From NCBI GenBank assembly GCA_963662405.2, contig CAXXKT010000001.1, forward strand, positions 1,440,001 through 1,504,000: 64,000 bases of DNA, written 5' to 3'. The notes beneath the pieces were generated by a model. The model was not told where the DNA came from and searched no databases. It saw only the letters and a list, made by a program, of their open reading frames with translations. Positions 19,198 to 32,052 of this stretch are shown one piece after another. A program made the position numbers and the translations under genes. Source of the stretch: Syntrophales bacterium. Lineage in GTDB: Bacteria; Desulfobacterota; Syntrophia; Syntrophales; UBA2210. The first letter of the stretch is position 1; every line of letters begins with the position of its first letter.

Positions 19198-19972
19198 CGT
19201 TCTTCTTCTCAGCTTCCGTATCATTCTCTTTGTCTTCCGCCCCGTCGCGTTTCTTTTCTCCCGCCGTTACCACCCAGATGCTGATCTCATACAGGAGCAT
19301 CAGCGGCAGGGCCATCAAACACTGCGTGACCACATCCGGGGGAGTGAAAAGGGCGGCGGTCACGAAAACCAGGAGGATCGCATATTTTCTCTTTTTTCTG
19401 AGTATCTTCGAATCGACCATTCCGATCCGTGCCAGGAAGAACATAAAGATGGGGAGTTCGAAGATAACCCCGAAGGCGATCAGGAGCTTCATCGAGAAAG
19501 AGAGATACTCTTTCAGTGAGAGCATGGGACGTATGAACTCGTTCCCGAACCCGACAAAGAACTTAAATCCGAACGGGAAGACGATGTAATAGGCAAACAG
19601 GGCCCCTCCCAGGAAAAAGATGGTGGAAAAGGCGACGAAGGGCGCCACGTGTTTCTTCTCTGATGCGTAGAGCCCTGGCGACACAAACTTCCATATCTGA
19701 TACAGGATATAAGGACTGACAAGAAAAATCGACGATAAAAAAGATACCTTGAGGTAGGTGAAAAAGGCCTCGGGGAGACTGGTGAATATCATGGAGCTGT
19801 TATCGGGCATCACGGCGGCAAGGGGGAGCGTCAGGGCCCAAAAAAGTTTTTCTTTAAAGAGGTAGCAGATGATGAACCCGGCCCCCACCGCGATCAGGAC
19901 CCGCGTCAGCCTGGACTTCAATTCTTCCAGGTGCAGGGTAAAGGGCATTTTTTCATTTGTCTGGTCGGTCAT
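19190..19972 (-). CDS. tatC: Twin-arginine translocase subunit TatC
   Basis: HLEELK.RL, FVSPGLY..EK, FELP, TPPD, LYEISI motifs. Confidence 0.95.
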   Translation of the reverse strand: MTDQTNEKMPFTLHLEELKSRLTRVLIAVGAGFIICYLFKEKLFWALTLPLAAVMPDNSSMIFTSLPEAFFTYLKVSFLSSIFLVSPYILYQIWKFVSPGLYASEKKHVAPFVAFSTIFFLGGALFAYYIVFPFGFKFFVGFGNEFIRPMLSLKEYLSFSMKLLIAFGVIFELPIFMFFLARIGMVDSKILRKKRKYAILLVFVTAALFTPPDVVTQCLMALPLMLLYEISIWVVTAGEKKRDGAEDKENDTEAEKKNDE

Positions 19973-20161
19973 ATCTCATTCTCGTGCTATCGGTCTGCGG
20001 CGAGTGTCTCCGTATCCGTCGGAACAAACGTTGGTATTCTTGAAAAAAAGAAGAGCAGGTCAACCACTTGCAGGCTCCGGAAAATAAAATCGTGAATGCA
20101 GCAAAGGGATGGCGGGTGACCCGATGTGCCCGGAAGGGATACGGGGACGAATCGCCACGGA

Positions 20162-20446
20162 TCAATGAGGCTTCTTCTCCGCCGGTTCCGGGCTCTCCGC
20201 TTTGGCCTTCTTATCATTCTCTTCGGTGTCGGTTTTCTTCCCGTAAAGGACCGAATCCTTAAAATCGTCAGCCTCGTTTTTGATCTGATCGACATTGAGG
20301 CTTTCCCGTACATCATCGGTGGCGCGGCGGAACTCTGCGAGTCCCTTGCCGAGGGATTTCGCCAGATCCGGCAGCTTCTTCGGCCCGATAACGAGGAGGG
20401 CGACAATCAGTATAATGATCAATTCCGGCATTCCGATGCCAAACAT
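20162..20446 (-). CDS. tatB: Twin-arginine translocase TatA/TatB family subunit
   Basis: MFGIGMPEL...GPKKLPDLAKSLGK..EFR. Confidence 0.85.
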   Translation of the reverse strand: MFGIGMPELIIILIVALLVIGPKKLPDLAKSLGKGLAEFRRATDDVRESLNVDQIKNEADDFKDSVLYGKKTDTEENDKKAKAESPEPAEKKPH

Positions 20447-20479
20447 ACCATCACCATGTTTCCGTAAAAGTGTGCCCAT

Positions 20480-20507
20480 ACTATAGTATTGTCGGAATCT
20501 TTGTCAA
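20480..20507 (-). promoter_or_regulatory. sigma70-type promoter for tatB-tatC-mrcA
   Basis: TTGACA-N16-TATAGT on the minus strand. Confidence 0.5.
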
Positions 20508-20665
20508 TCTCAAATCAGTCAAACAGATTGCAACTTGTGCGGTTCTGTGATAGGAGGTTTACCACATGTGCGTGGGAATCCTGCCGGTAAAGGGAAATTT
20601 TTCCCTTGGGAAGTTCGGATTCCCCACACGTACGTGGGAAGTTGCTACAGAGGAGGAACGGTACA

Positions 20666-20953
20666 GTGAAGATAACCGCGCAAGAGGTCGGGTATGTCGC
20701 CCACCTCGCCCGGCTCGATCTCGGAGAGGAGGAAAAGGAGACTTTCACCTCACAGCTCAACAGTATACTGCTGTACATGGAGATCCTGAACGGAGTGGAC
20801 ACGGAAGGTGTCCGGCCGATGACGCATGCCATTTCTCAGACCAATGTCCTGAGGGATGATGTAAAGAGACCATCGATCGGGGTGGAGCAGGCGCTCGCCA
20901 ATGCCCCGGACGGTGGCATGGGTTTCTTCGAGGTCCCGAAAATCATTGAATAA
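20666..20953 (+). CDS. gatC: Asp/Glu-tRNA amidotransferase subunit C
   Basis: V.YVAHLARL, LRDD, ANAP...FFEVPKIIE. SD GAGGAGG before GTG. Confidence 0.92.
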   Translation: MKITAQEVGYVAHLARLDLGEEEKETFTSQLNSILLYMEILNGVDTEGVRPMTHAISQTNVLRDDVKRPSIGVEQALANAPDGGMGFFEVPKIIE

Positions 20954-20998
20954 GAGGAAGGTCCGGCTTGATCGTTACAGCCGGACCGGGAAAACGGT

Positions 20999-22456
20999 AT
21001 GGAATCGAATCAGTCAACCATTCATGAACTGGAAGAGCGGCTCCGGAACGGCAGCCTGACATCCGTTGCCATTACGGAGTCCGTCTTCACGCGGATCGCA
21101 TCCGTCGAGGAGCGGGTGCATGCATATATCACTCTGACGGAGGAAGGAGCGCTTGAGCAGGCCCGTGAGGCGGACCGACGGATACAGGAGGGCGACGTGA
21201 GTGCCCTGACCGGCATCCCCATTGCCCTCAAGGATGTTCTTTGTATGCAGGGTGTCAGGACGACCTGCGGCTCCCATTTTCTTGAAAACTTTATCCCCCC
21301 CTACGACGCCACGGTGGTCAGAAAACTGAAGGATGCCGGTGCCGTCTTCGTGGGGAAGACCAATATGGATGAGTTTGCCATGGGGTCCTCGACCGAGACC
21401 TCCCGGTTCGGGGTCACCCGGAACCCGTGGGACCTAGAGCGGATCCCCGGGGGGTCCAGCGGCGGTTCGGCCGCCGCAGTTGCCGCCGACGAGTGCATCG
21501 CCTCTCTGGGGACCGACACGGGTGGTTCCATCAGACAGCCTGCCGCCCTCTGCGGTGTCGTGGGACTCAAACCGACCTACGGGCGGGTCTCGCGCTTCGG
21601 CCTGGTGGCCTTCGCCTCCTCCCTGGATCAGATCGGACCGATCACCAAGGATGTAGAGGACTGTGCCATCATGATGAATGTAATCGCCGGCCACGACACC
21701 GGCGATTCCACCTCCGTTCCCGCTGATGTTCCTGATTATCGGGCCTGTATCGACCGGGGTATCGAGGGGTGGACCATCGGTATCCCGGAGGAGTACTTTG
21801 TCGAGGGGATCGATTCGGAGATCAGTGTGTCCATAGAGAAGGCTATCACGACCCTGGAGGGGCTCGGTGCCCGGTGCCGGTACATATCGCTCCCCCACGC
21901 CGAGTACTGCGTCGCCGCCTACTACATCATCGCACCGTCGGAGGCCAGCTCGAATCTGGCCCGGTACGACGGCGTTCGGTACGGATTCAGGGCGCCCGAA
22001 CCGGAGAACCTCCTCGATATGTACAAGAAGACCCGATCGGCCGGTTTCGGGGCGGAGGTCAAGCGACGGATCATGATCGGGACCTACTCCCTCTCCTCGG
22101 GGTACTACGATGCCTACTACAAGAAGGCATCACAGGTACGGTCTCTTATCAGGCAGGATTTTGACCGCGCCTTCACCCAGTGCGATGTTATCCTGACGCC
22201 GACGACGCCCACCCCGGCGTTCCGGATTGGGGAGAAGATGGACGATCCCCTCCAGATGTACCTCTACGACATCTTCACCCTGTCGGCAAACCTGGCGGGG
22301 GTCCCGGGGATCTCGGTTCCCTGCGGATACACGAAGGGGGGACTCCCCGTGGGGCTCCAGTTCATGGCCGGTCACTTCGCGGAGGAAAAGCTGTTGCAGG
22401 TAGCCGCCGCCTACGAGAAGAATTCAGAAAAAGAAAGAAGGAAACCCGATCTGTAA
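20999..22456 (+). CDS. gatA: Asp/Glu-tRNA amidotransferase subunit A
   Basis: Amidase signature [29 protein letters not shown]. Confidence 0.97.
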   Translation: MESNQSTIHELEERLRNGSLTSVAITESVFTRIASVEERVHAYITLTEEGALEQAREADRRIQEGDVSALTGIPIALKDVLCMQGVRTTCGSHFLENFIPPYDATVVRKLKDAGAVFVGKTNMDEFAMGSSTETSRFGVTRNPWDLERIPGGSSGGSAAAVAADECIASLGTDTGGSIRQPAALCGVVGLKPTYGRVSRFGLVAFASSLDQIGPITKDVEDCAIMMNVIAGHDTGDSTSVPADVPDYRACIDRGIEGWTIGIPEEYFVEGIDSEISVSIEKAITTLEGLGARCRYISLPHAEYCVAAYYIIAPSEASSNLARYDGVRYGFRAPEPENLLDMYKKTRSAGFGAEVKRRIMIGTYSLSSGYYDAYYKKASQVRSLIRQDFDRAFTQCDVILTPTTPTPAFRIGEKMDDPLQMYLYDIFTLSANLAGVPGISVPCGYTKGGLPVGLQFMAGHFAEEKLLQVAAAYEKNSEKERRKPDL

Positions 22457-23889
22457 TGGATTATGAACCAGTAATAGGGCTTGAGGTACACGCCCAGCTT
22501 CTGACTGATACCAAGATATTCTGCGGCTGTTCGACCCGGTTCGGCGAGGCGCCCAACAGCAACACCTGTCCCGTCTGCCTCGGGATGCCCGGGGTCCTCC
22601 CCGTCCTCAACCGGAAGGTCGTCGAGTACGCGATGAAGATGGCGATTGCGACCCACTGCACGATCAATCCGGTCAGTACGTGGGCGCGGAAGAACTATTT
22701 TTACCCCGATCTCCCGAAGGGGTACCAGATCACGCAGTTTGCTCACCCCCTCGCGGAGCACGGATACGTCGATATCGAGACGGAGGGGGATAAAAAAAGG
22801 ATCGGGATTACCCGCATCCACATGGAGGAAGACGCGGGTAAGTCGATCCACGACGAGGTGAGCGATTCCAGCTACATCGACCTGAACCGAGCCGCGGTTC
22901 CCCTGATCGAGATCGTCAGCGAACCGGATATGCGCAGCCCGGAGGAGGCGGCCCAGTACCTCCGCAGGTTGCACGAGATCTTGGTTTACCTCGAGATATG
23001 CGACGGCAATATGGAGGAGGGGAGCTTTCGTTGCGACGCCAATATCTCCCTGCGGCCGAAGGGTAGAGAGGCCTTCGGAATCAGATCGGAACTCAAGAAC
23101 ATGAACTCCTTCAACAACGTGCAGCATGCCCTCGAATACGAGATCCGGCGGCAGCAAGCCATCCTCGAGCGGGGGAACGAGGTCGTCCAGGAGACGCGAC
23201 TCTGGGATACCGCGGAGGGGGTGACCCACTCGATGCGGGGAAAGGAGGAGGCGCACGACTACCGCTACTTCCCCGAGCCCGATCTTGTCCCCGTCGTTAT
23301 ATCCGATGAATGGAGGGAAGAAATCGCGCGGACCCTCCCGGAACTCCCCTTGGAGAAGCGGGGGCGATTCATCGCCGAGTACGGTATCCCGCCCTACGAC
23401 GCGGGCGTCCTGACGGCGAGCCGCGCCCTGGCGGATTATTACGAAGCGGTGGTTGGTCTCTGCGGACGACCGAAGATTGCCAGCAACTGGGTGATGGGGG
23501 ATTTTCTGGCATACCTGAACGAAGAGAAACTGGAAGTCGGAGAGGCCCCTGCTGGCCCCGCGGCCCTGGCGGAACTGATCGGGCTTATCGAGGATGGAAC
23601 GATCAGCGGGAAGATCGCCAAGGGGATCTTCGAGGATATGTGGGGGACCGGGAAGGGGCCGAAGGAGATTGTCCAGGAGAAGGGACTTGTCCAGATCACC
23701 GATACGGGTGAGCTGGAGCGGACCGTCGATGACGTACTGGCGGCGCACCCGAAACAGCTCGAGCAGTACCGTAGCGGGAAAGAGCAGCTCTTCGGTTTCT
23801 TCGTGGGGCAGACGATGAAGGCCACCGGCGGCAAGGCGAACCCGAAGATCGTTAACGAACTGCTCAAAAAGAGATTATCCACGCCATGA
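22456..23889 (+). CDS. gatB: Asp/Glu-tRNA amidotransferase subunit B
   Basis: [46 protein letters not shown] overlap with gatA. Confidence 0.97.
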   Translation: MDYEPVIGLEVHAQLLTDTKIFCGCSTRFGEAPNSNTCPVCLGMPGVLPVLNRKVVEYAMKMAIATHCTINPVSTWARKNYFYPDLPKGYQITQFAHPLAEHGYVDIETEGDKKRIGITRIHMEEDAGKSIHDEVSDSSYIDLNRAAVPLIEIVSEPDMRSPEEAAQYLRRLHEILVYLEICDGNMEEGSFRCDANISLRPKGREAFGIRSELKNMNSFNNVQHALEYEIRRQQAILERGNEVVQETRLWDTAEGVTHSMRGKEEAHDYRYFPEPDLVPVVISDEWREEIARTLPELPLEKRGRFIAEYGIPPYDAGVLTASRALADYYEAVVGLCGRPKIASNWVMGDFLAYLNEEKLEVGEAPAGPAALAELIGLIEDGTISGKIAKGIFEDMWGTGKGPKEIVQEKGLVQITDTGELERTVDDVLAAHPKQLEQYRSGKEQLFGFFVGQTMKATGGKANPKIVNELLKKRLSTP

Positions 23890-24929
23890 TCGAGACCATA
23901 TCCTGGGCCGGGAATGCCGTCGTGATGATCGACCAGCGGTTCCTCCCGCACGAAGAGCGTCACCTGATCTGCCGGACGTACCCGGAGGTGATCGAGGCCA
24001 TCAATGAGATGGCCATCCGGGGTGCCCCCGCCGTGGGGATCGCGGCTGCGATGGGGATTGCCCTCGGCGCGCTGAACATTCCCGGCGGTATGCTGCACAG
24101 TGAATTTCCTCGGATCTGCGACGCCTTCGCCCGCACCCGTCCCACCGCGGTCAACCTCTTCTGGGCCATTGACCGGATGACGACTCGTTTCAAGAGAGAA
24201 CGGTCCGCACACGCCGATGATGACGGGATAAAAGAGGGCCTGATAGAGGAGGCCCGGCGGATCCGTGAAGAAGATATCGAGACGAACCGACGGATCGGGG
24301 CTTACGGTAAGACCCTGATCGCGGACGGGGATACCGTCCTGACGCACTGCAACGCGGGGGCCCTTGCAACCGGGGGGTATGGAACGGCACTGGGGGTCAT
24401 TCGCGCGGCCCACGAGGAGGGGAAGCGGATCCATGTCCTGGTGGACGAGACCCGTCCGCTCCTCCAGGGGGCACGCCTGACCGCGTGGGAGATGTACCAT
24501 GAAGGGATCGATGCCACCCTGATCACCGACAGCATGGCGGGTGCCCTCATGCACCGGGGAGGGGTCAACTGTGTCCTTGTAGGGGCGGACCGGATCGCCG
24601 CCAACGGCGATACCGCCAATAAGATCGGGACATATACCCTGGCGGTTCTCGCTCGGGAAAATCAGATTCCCTTCTATGTGGCGGCTCCCCTTTCAACCAT
24701 TGACCGCCGGACACGCACCGGCAGGGGAATCACCATTGAGGAGCGGGGCATGGATGAGGTCCTGGGCTACCAAGGTATACGAACGGCCCCGGAGGGGCTC
24801 GCGGCGCTGAATCCTTCCTTTGACGTTACCCCCCATCGGTATATCACCGCGATTATCACACAGCGGGGAATCATTACAAAACCCTTCGGCAGGACGATTG
24901 GAGCTCTTTTCTCTCCCCCTGCCGCCTGA
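23886..24929 (+). CDS. mtnA: S-methyl-5-thioribose-1-phosphate isomerase
   Basis: [37 protein letters not shown] motifs. Confidence 0.95.
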   Translation: MIETISWAGNAVVMIDQRFLPHEERHLICRTYPEVIEAINEMAIRGAPAVGIAAAMGIALGALNIPGGMLHSEFPRICDAFARTRPTAVNLFWAIDRMTTRFKRERSAHADDDGIKEGLIEEARRIREEDIETNRRIGAYGKTLIADGDTVLTHCNAGALATGGYGTALGVIRAAHEEGKRIHVLVDETRPLLQGARLTAWEMYHEGIDATLITDSMAGALMHRGGVNCVLVGADRIAANGDTANKIGTYTLAVLARENQIPFYVAAPLSTIDRRTRTGRGITIEERGMDEVLGYQGIRTAPEGLAALNPSFDVTPHRYITAIITQRGIITKPFGRTIGALFSPPAA

Positions 24930-24954
24930 ACCGATGAAAGCGATTACAATTACT

Positions 24955-25569
24955 ATGAACAAGCTTTTTATCTTTGATTTCGACGGGGTTATCGCGGAAT
25001 CTCTGAACTTCTACGAGGAACTCGTCAGGACACATCTCGAAAAGATCGGGGCACCGGCCATCACGACGCGGGATCAGTTTCTTGATCTCTTCGACGGGAA
25101 TTTCTATGCTTCCCTCAGCAAGCGGGGTGTTGACATGGATGCCTTCAACAACGCCGTCATGGGAGCCGCTCCGGATATAGACTACACACAGATTCGTCCG
25201 GTCGACGGTATTCTCCCCGTGATGGATGCCCTTGCTCGTGATAATACTCTCCTCGTCATTTCCTCCAATATCTCTTCCGTGATACGGACCTTCCTCGAGC
25301 GGTACCGGTTCGACGGCATTTTTGTCGATGTCCTGGGGGCAGATTTCATGCTCAGCAAGACGAGAAAGATTCATCACGCCGTGGAACAGTGGCAGGAAGA
25401 GCGGGATCGGACATACTACGTAGGGGATACCGTCGGCGACATCAAAGAAGGGCAGGACGCCCATGTCAGAACGGTGGCCGTGACCTGGGGATGGCACCCA
25501 AAAGAACGATTCGAAGGGATTGGTGCCGATTACATCGTCGACGCTCCGGGAGATCTCCTGACGATTTAA
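24955..25569 (+). CDS. HAD-family hydrolase (phosphoglycolate phosphatase-like)
   Basis: FDFDGV motif I, YVGDT..D motif IV, VTWGW. Confidence 0.85.
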   Translation: MNKLFIFDFDGVIAESLNFYEELVRTHLEKIGAPAITTRDQFLDLFDGNFYASLSKRGVDMDAFNNAVMGAAPDIDYTQIRPVDGILPVMDALARDNTLLVISSNISSVIRTFLERYRFDGIFVDVLGADFMLSKTRKIHHAVEQWQEERDRTYYVGDTVGDIKEGQDAHVRTVAVTWGWHPKERFEGIGADYIVDAPGDLLTI

Positions 25570-25595
25570 CCCCGGAAAGACCAAGGTCACGTATG

Positions 25596-25631
25596 AAAAA
25601 GAGGCCCTGCGGATATCCGCGGGGCCTCTTT
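25596..25631. terminator. Bidirectional intrinsic terminator between HAD gene and groEL
   Basis: AAAAAGAGGCCCTGCGGA-TA-TCCGCGGGGCCTCTTT. Confidence 0.8.
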
Positions 25632-25660
25632 CGGTGTTACATGGTGTGAACGGTCGATCC

Positions 25661-27337
<1,677 letters not shown>

Positions 27338-27628
27338 TTATTTTTCGATTATTCCGAGTATGTCGTCTTCGCGCATAATAAGGTGCTCGACGTCGTCTAT
27401 CTTGACTTCCGTTCCCGCGTACTTGCTGAACAGCACCCGATCGCCGGCCTTCACATCCATTTTGATGATCTTGCCGTCATCCGTCTTTTTACCGCCGCCA
27501 ACGGCGATCACTTCACCCTCCATCGGCTTTTCCTTTGCGCTGTCGGGAATGATGATTCCCCCCTTTGTCGTTTCCTCCTCTTCGAGGCGCTTCACGATAA
27601 TCCTGTCATGCAATGGTCGTATCTTCAT
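27338..27628 (-). CDS. groS: Co-chaperonin GroES
   Basis: [28 protein letters not shown] motifs. Confidence 0.99.
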   Translation of the reverse strand: MKIRPLHDRIIVKRLEEEETTKGGIIIPDSAKEKPMEGEVIAVGGGKKTDDGKIIKMDVKAGDRVLFSKYAGTEVKIDDVEHLIMREDDILGIIEK

Positions 27629-27724
27629 GCTTCCTACTCTCCTCCTTACAATTAATTATTTTTCAAGGTAAATATCCTTGCAGGAATCTCAACACTTCAT
27701 AAAATAAACATCAATCCAATCCTG

Positions 27725-28339
27725 TCAAGGGGCGCTCCTCTTTTTTATCTCCACGGGGACTTCGCACAGGTCTTTGAAACGTCGGGCGTCCTCCACGGAA
27801 CCGACGATGTCGTCGTAGTGGATGGGGATCGCCGTTCCGGGGCGTACGATATTCACCGCGCGGGCGGCCTCCTCAGCGGTCATCGTGTAGGTCCCGCCGA
27901 CGGGAACCAACATGATATCCGCCTGGATCGTTTTCATCTCGGGGATCAGGTCGGTGTCCCCACAGTAGTAGATCCTCGTTCCCTGTACCGTCACCACAAA
28001 CCCGAGCCAGCCGTTTTCGCGGGGATGAAAGTCTTTGTCCGTATTATAAGAAGGGACCGCCTCAACCGACACCTTTCCGATTTGTACGACGTCTCCCGGC
28101 TTGACGATCCGAAGATTTCCCGAAAGGACGGCGGCGCTTTCCCGGGTGGTGACGATCACGGTATCCGCCTTCCGGATTTTTTCGACATCCTCCACCGAGA
28201 GATGATCATAGTGGCTGTGACTGATCAGGATCAGGTCCGCCTTCATAGGGTCCTTGAGCTTCCAGGGATCGATATAGATCACCTTTTCTCCCTCGATCCT
28301 CACGCTTGAATGACCGAGCCAGACGATGTCCTCTACCAT
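27725..28339 (-). CDS. MBL-fold metallo-hydrolase (UPF0173/UlaG-like)
   Basis: WLGHS, YIDP, SHSHYDH, GDTD, PVGGTYTM, IPIHY motifs. Confidence 0.85.
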   Translation of the reverse strand: MVEDIVWLGHSSVRIEGEKVIYIDPWKLKDPMKADLILISHSHYDHLSVEDVEKIRKADTVIVTTRESAAVLSGNLRIVKPGDVVQIGKVSVEAVPSYNTDKDFHPRENGWLGFVVTVQGTRIYYCGDTDLIPEMKTIQADIMLVPVGGTYTMTAEEAARAVNIVRPGTAIPIHYDDIVGSVEDARRFKDLCEVPVEIKKRSAP

Positions 28340-28399
28340 GACACACCTCCTCATTATGCTTCGGGTTTTGTGTTATACGACTTCTCTATCGGCAGGTGG

Positions 28400-30007
28400 C
28401 TACCGTTTCCCGATATGCAGGATGCCCTTGGTGATATTGCACAGGTGATCGTTGAGTCGGTCGATGGCCGTCAGGACATCCGAATAGACGAGACCGGCAT
28501 CGCTCATACACTCACCCTTCCCCAGCCTCTCGATATGATTTGAACGATATTGCTTGACCAGGGCGTGAGCCTCCCGATCGATATTCAGCGTAATGGCGGC
28601 TGCCTGGTGGTCGTCCTTTTCGAGGGCCTTCTTGGTCTGTCGCATCAGGGCGCGTGCCTTCTCGAACAGTTTTGCCAGTTCCATGTGCGCGGGAGCGGAA
28701 AATTTCAGGTCATGTTCATATCCCCGTTGCGACAGCTTCACGATGCTCTCGCAGTAATCCCCCACCCGCTCGAGGTCATTTACGCTGTGAAGAAGAGCAG
28801 GAACCAGGCTGCGTTCCTTGTCGGTCAGCTCCCCCTTGGTGACCTCGATCAGATACTGGGTGATGTTCCGCTGCATCTCGTCGACCGATTCTTCATCGAG
28901 GGTAATCTCATTCTTGATCCTGTGGTTGTACGTAGCGATACACTCCTCCGCCTTCTCAAACATCTCCTGGCAGAGGGTCAACATGGAGACCATCTCCTTG
29001 ATGGCCGCGTCGATCGCGAGGTTCGGGGTGATGAAGAGGTTCGAATCGAGATGCTTTGCCTCCTTCTTTTCGTAGTCCCGTCCGGGGATCACCCGCTCCA
29101 GAAGCTTCACCAACAGGGGGGTCATCGGCAGGAAGATGAGGGCGTTGATCACGTTGAACACCGTATGGGAGTTGGCGATTTGCCGGGCAATATCCCCCGA
29201 GGTCAGGGGAATGAACTGGAGGTAGAATGGGACCAGGGGGAGCATGATCAGGGCCCCCGTTATGTTGAAGACGGTATGCCCGAGAGCGAGCCTCCTGCTG
29301 GAGAGATTTCCTCCGATACTGGCGATCCCTGCGGTTACGCAGGTGCCGATATTGACCCCGAAGATCAGGTATACGGATGATGTGAGATCCAGAAGTCCGA
29401 CGGAAGCAAAGGCGATGATCATACCGGTGGTCGTGCTGCTGCTCTGGAGGATGGCTGTGGCTACCAATCCCGTCAGGATCCCGAGGAGGGGACTGGTGCC
29501 AAAGGTGACAAAGGCGCCTTTGATCATCTCGTTGTCCGCCAGGGGTTTGACCGACGAACTCATCATCGCGAGCCCCAGGAACAAGAGACCGAACCCGAGG
29601 AGCGCCCGCCCCTTGTTTTTGTGCTTGTCCTTCTTTGCAGCGAGGGCGGTTACGGCGCCGACGAAGACGAAGAGGGGGGCGACCGCCGTGAACTTGAAGG
29701 CGATCAGCTGCGCGGTCACCGTTGTTCCCACATTGGCACCGATCATGATCGCAATGGCCCCCGCCAAGGGGATAAAACCGGCATTGAGGAATCCGATGAC
29801 GATGACCGAGGTCGCGCTCGAGCTTTGTATGATTGCGGTGACGAATGCCCCCATGCTCGCCGATCTGAGTTTCCCCGAGGTCATCTTCTCGAGCATTGTC
29901 TTGAGGAGTCCCAAGGACAGCCGCTTCAGCGAGTCGCTCAGGAGATACATGCCGAAGACGAACAGACCCAGTCCTCCGATCACACCTGAGATAATCTTAA
30001 AATCCAT
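28400..30007 (-). CDS. Na+/Pi cotransporter with PhoU-like C-terminal domain
   Basis: Duplicated QSSS motifs, GANVGTT / GVNIGT, DLERVGD. Confidence 0.92.
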   Translation of the reverse strand: MDFKIISGVIGGLGLFVFGMYLLSDSLKRLSLGLLKTMLEKMTSGKLRSASMGAFVTAIIQSSSATSVIVIGFLNAGFIPLAGAIAIMIGANVGTTVTAQLIAFKFTAVAPLFVFVGAVTALAAKKDKHKNKGRALLGFGLLFLGLAMMSSSVKPLADNEMIKGAFVTFGTSPLLGILTGLVATAILQSSSTTTGMIIAFASVGLLDLTSSVYLIFGVNIGTCVTAGIASIGGNLSSRRLALGHTVFNITGALIMLPLVPFYLQFIPLTSGDIARQIANSHTVFNVINALIFLPMTPLLVKLLERVIPGRDYEKKEAKHLDSNLFITPNLAIDAAIKEMVSMLTLCQEMFEKAEECIATYNHRIKNEITLDEESVDEMQRNITQYLIEVTKGELTDKERSLVPALLHSVNDLERVGDYCESIVKLSQRGYEHDLKFSAPAHMELAKLFEKARALMRQTKKALEKDDHQAAAITLNIDREAHALVKQYRSNHIERLGKGECMSDAGLVYSDVLTAIDRLNDHLCNITKGILHIGKR

Positions 30008-30093
30008 CTGATCTCCTCTGTAGGCATCGACGTATGGTTCCGGGGTTGATCACCGCTCCCCGCATAGCGAAAAGAGTCCTCCCCTCCCAAAAC

Positions 30094-30111
30094 GTGACAT
30101 GTATATTACAC
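30094..30111 (-). promoter_or_regulatory. Pho-box-like 11-bp-period direct repeat
   Basis: GTGTAAT-ATAC-ATGTCAC versus the PhoB consensus CTGTCAT-N4-CTGTCAY, about 90 bp upstream of the Na/Pi transporter. Confidence 0.35.
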
Positions 30112-30161
30112 CGTATCAAAAAGTCAAGACATTCACTGGTCGCTCATCGTAACACCGCACT

Positions 30162-30178
30162 CGCACTGTACATGCCAA
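30162..30178 (-). promoter_or_regulatory. Candidate sigma54 -24/-12 promoter facing the Na/Pi transporter
   Basis: TTGGCATGTACAGTGCG (GG-N10-GC). Confidence 0.45.
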
Positions 30179-30603
30179 GAATCCACGACGGTACCGGTCT
30201 TACCTTGCAGTCCCCGGGCAAGGGGCGACAGTGCGACTGACGACCGCGCTTAAACCTGCCGAGGTTACGAACAATAGAGAGCATAGCATCCGTGGGAGGT
30301 GAACGGACCGGAGCGCCTTTGCCCAGAATGATCGCATGGCCTGAGACGATTCGGTATCGGATGGCGGGGCAGCGGAACCGTTGCGCATGGAGAAAACGAT
30401 AACCAAGAAGGCGGGAGATATGACGGGAAACACCGCATGATAACGGGTGCAGACCACCCGCGTGTCAACCGTTCGGATTGATCGGGACAGGAAAAGAGGA
30501 TCGCCACGACGCCGGTTTTTTGCCCCGCAGACGTTTAATGCAGAACATTGCTTCATGGCGTCAGGATACCGGCCCGGCAGGGCAGAGGATGAGACCTCCT
30601 CTC

Positions 30604-32028
30604 TTACGGATTTGTGTCTCCGGTATCTCCTTTGTCACCTCCGCATATCTTGATGCTGTATTTATTTATCAGTTTATAGAAATTTGTTCGTTGCATGCCT
30701 ACGGCACTGGCGGCACGGCTGACGTTCCATTTATGGGCGGTGAGCGCGTTGATGACGAATTCTTTTTCCAACTCGACGATGGCTTGATCGCGGAGCTGTT
30801 TCTTCAGGCGTTTCAGGTCATTCACATCTTCAGGCTTCGCGATTTCCGAATGAAGCCCGGATATCCCGTCAGGAAGATCATGTAACTGGATTTCCGGATC
30901 ATCTGCGTGAATAAGGGCTCTCTCCACGGTATTTTCCAGTTCGCGGACATTTCCCGGCCATCCATAAGCGAGGATGCATTTCATGGCCTCCTCCGAAATG
31001 CCACATCGAGAAGACGGATTTCGCTCGGCGTATTTATTGAGGAAATGATCAATCAGGAGGGGAATGTCCTCTTTCCGCTCCCTGAGAGGCGGAAGGAAGA
31101 TGGGGAATACGTAGAGACGGTAAAAGAGGTCTTCCCGAAAGGCCCCCGTCTCGACCATCTTTTTCAGATTCTTATTCGTGGCGGTCACAAGTCGTATATC
31201 CGTTGCTTTTGCCTCCGTACCACCGACGGGGGTATATTTCCGTTCCTGAATGACCCGCAGGAGCTTTCCCTGGAGGTCGAAATTCAAATCGCCGATTTCG
31301 TCCAGAAAAAGCGTACCATGGTTGGCGACCTCGAAAAAGCCCGCCTTATTTGACATCGCCCCGGTAAAGGATCCTTTTACGTGACCGAACAATTCGCTCT
31401 CCAAAAGGGAGGAGGTCAAAGAGAGACAATCCACCGTGACAAAGCGGCTGTCCTTGCGTGCACTGTTTTTATGGATGGAACGGGCCACGAGTTCCTTACC
31501 CGTTCCCGATTCACCAATGATAAGGACGGTCGTACTCGTAGCAGCCACCTTGGTGACGAGCCTGAAGATTTCCATCATGCGCGGGCTGTTGGCGATGATG
31601 TTATCAAAAATCATTTCATGGGGCAGGGCTTGATCCGAGGTGTAGGGAGCCAACATCCGCCCCTTCTCTTCGAGGGCTTTTTTAACGGTCAGGATAAGCT
31701 CCGATGGTGTGAAGGGTTTGGAGAGATAATCAAAAGCCCCGCTTTTGATGCTTTCCACCGCCGTATTGATGGAAGCGTAGCCCGTGATAACGATGGTCTG
31801 TGTTGATGGATACCGTTCTTTTATGATCTCTATGAGATCGGTTCCGCAACGTCCCGGCATCACGAGATCGACCGTTACTACGTCGAACAGTTGTTTCTCG
31901 AGTTTCGCGACGGCCTCATCGACATTCATGGCGCCTTCGACACGGTATCCTTGGCTGGTGAGGGTCCTTCGGCAGGCCTCTTGTACCACTTCTTCATCGT
32001 CAACAATCAGAATATTAATGTCTTCCAT
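30604..32028 (-). CDS. NtrC-family sigma54-dependent response regulator (REC-AAA+-HTH)
   Basis: IVDDE...DLVMPG receiver, GESGTGKE, ELFGH.KGSFTGA, FLDEIG, FREDLFYRL, WPGNVRELEN, Fis-type HTH. Confidence 0.95.
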   Translation of the reverse strand: MEDINILIVDDEEVVQEACRRTLTSQGYRVEGAMNVDEAVAKLEKQLFDVVTVDLVMPGRCGTDLIEIIKERYPSTQTIVITGYASINTAVESIKSGAFDYLSKPFTPSELILTVKKALEEKGRMLAPYTSDQALPHEMIFDNIIANSPRMMEIFRLVTKVAATSTTVLIIGESGTGKELVARSIHKNSARKDSRFVTVDCLSLTSSLLESELFGHVKGSFTGAMSNKAGFFEVANHGTLFLDEIGDLNFDLQGKLLRVIQERKYTPVGGTEAKATDIRLVTATNKNLKKMVETGAFREDLFYRLYVFPIFLPPLRERKEDIPLLIDHFLNKYAERNPSSRCGISEEAMKCILAYGWPGNVRELENTVERALIHADDPEIQLHDLPDGISGLHSEIAKPEDVNDLKRLKKQLRDQAIVELEKEFVINALTAHKWNVSRAASAVGMQRTNFYKLINKYSIKICGGDKGDTGDTNP

Positions 32029-32052
32029 TACATGCCTCCCAGCCCTCCTGCC

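Noticed and set aside
27629..27730. CIRCE/HrcA operator upstream of groES
   Set aside because: No TTAGCACTC-N9-GAGTGCTAA found; only a TTGACA with a weak -10.
30200..30603. Small ORFs or an ncRNA between the Na/Pi transporter and the response regulator
   Set aside because: No SD, motif or recognisable RNA structure that I could support.
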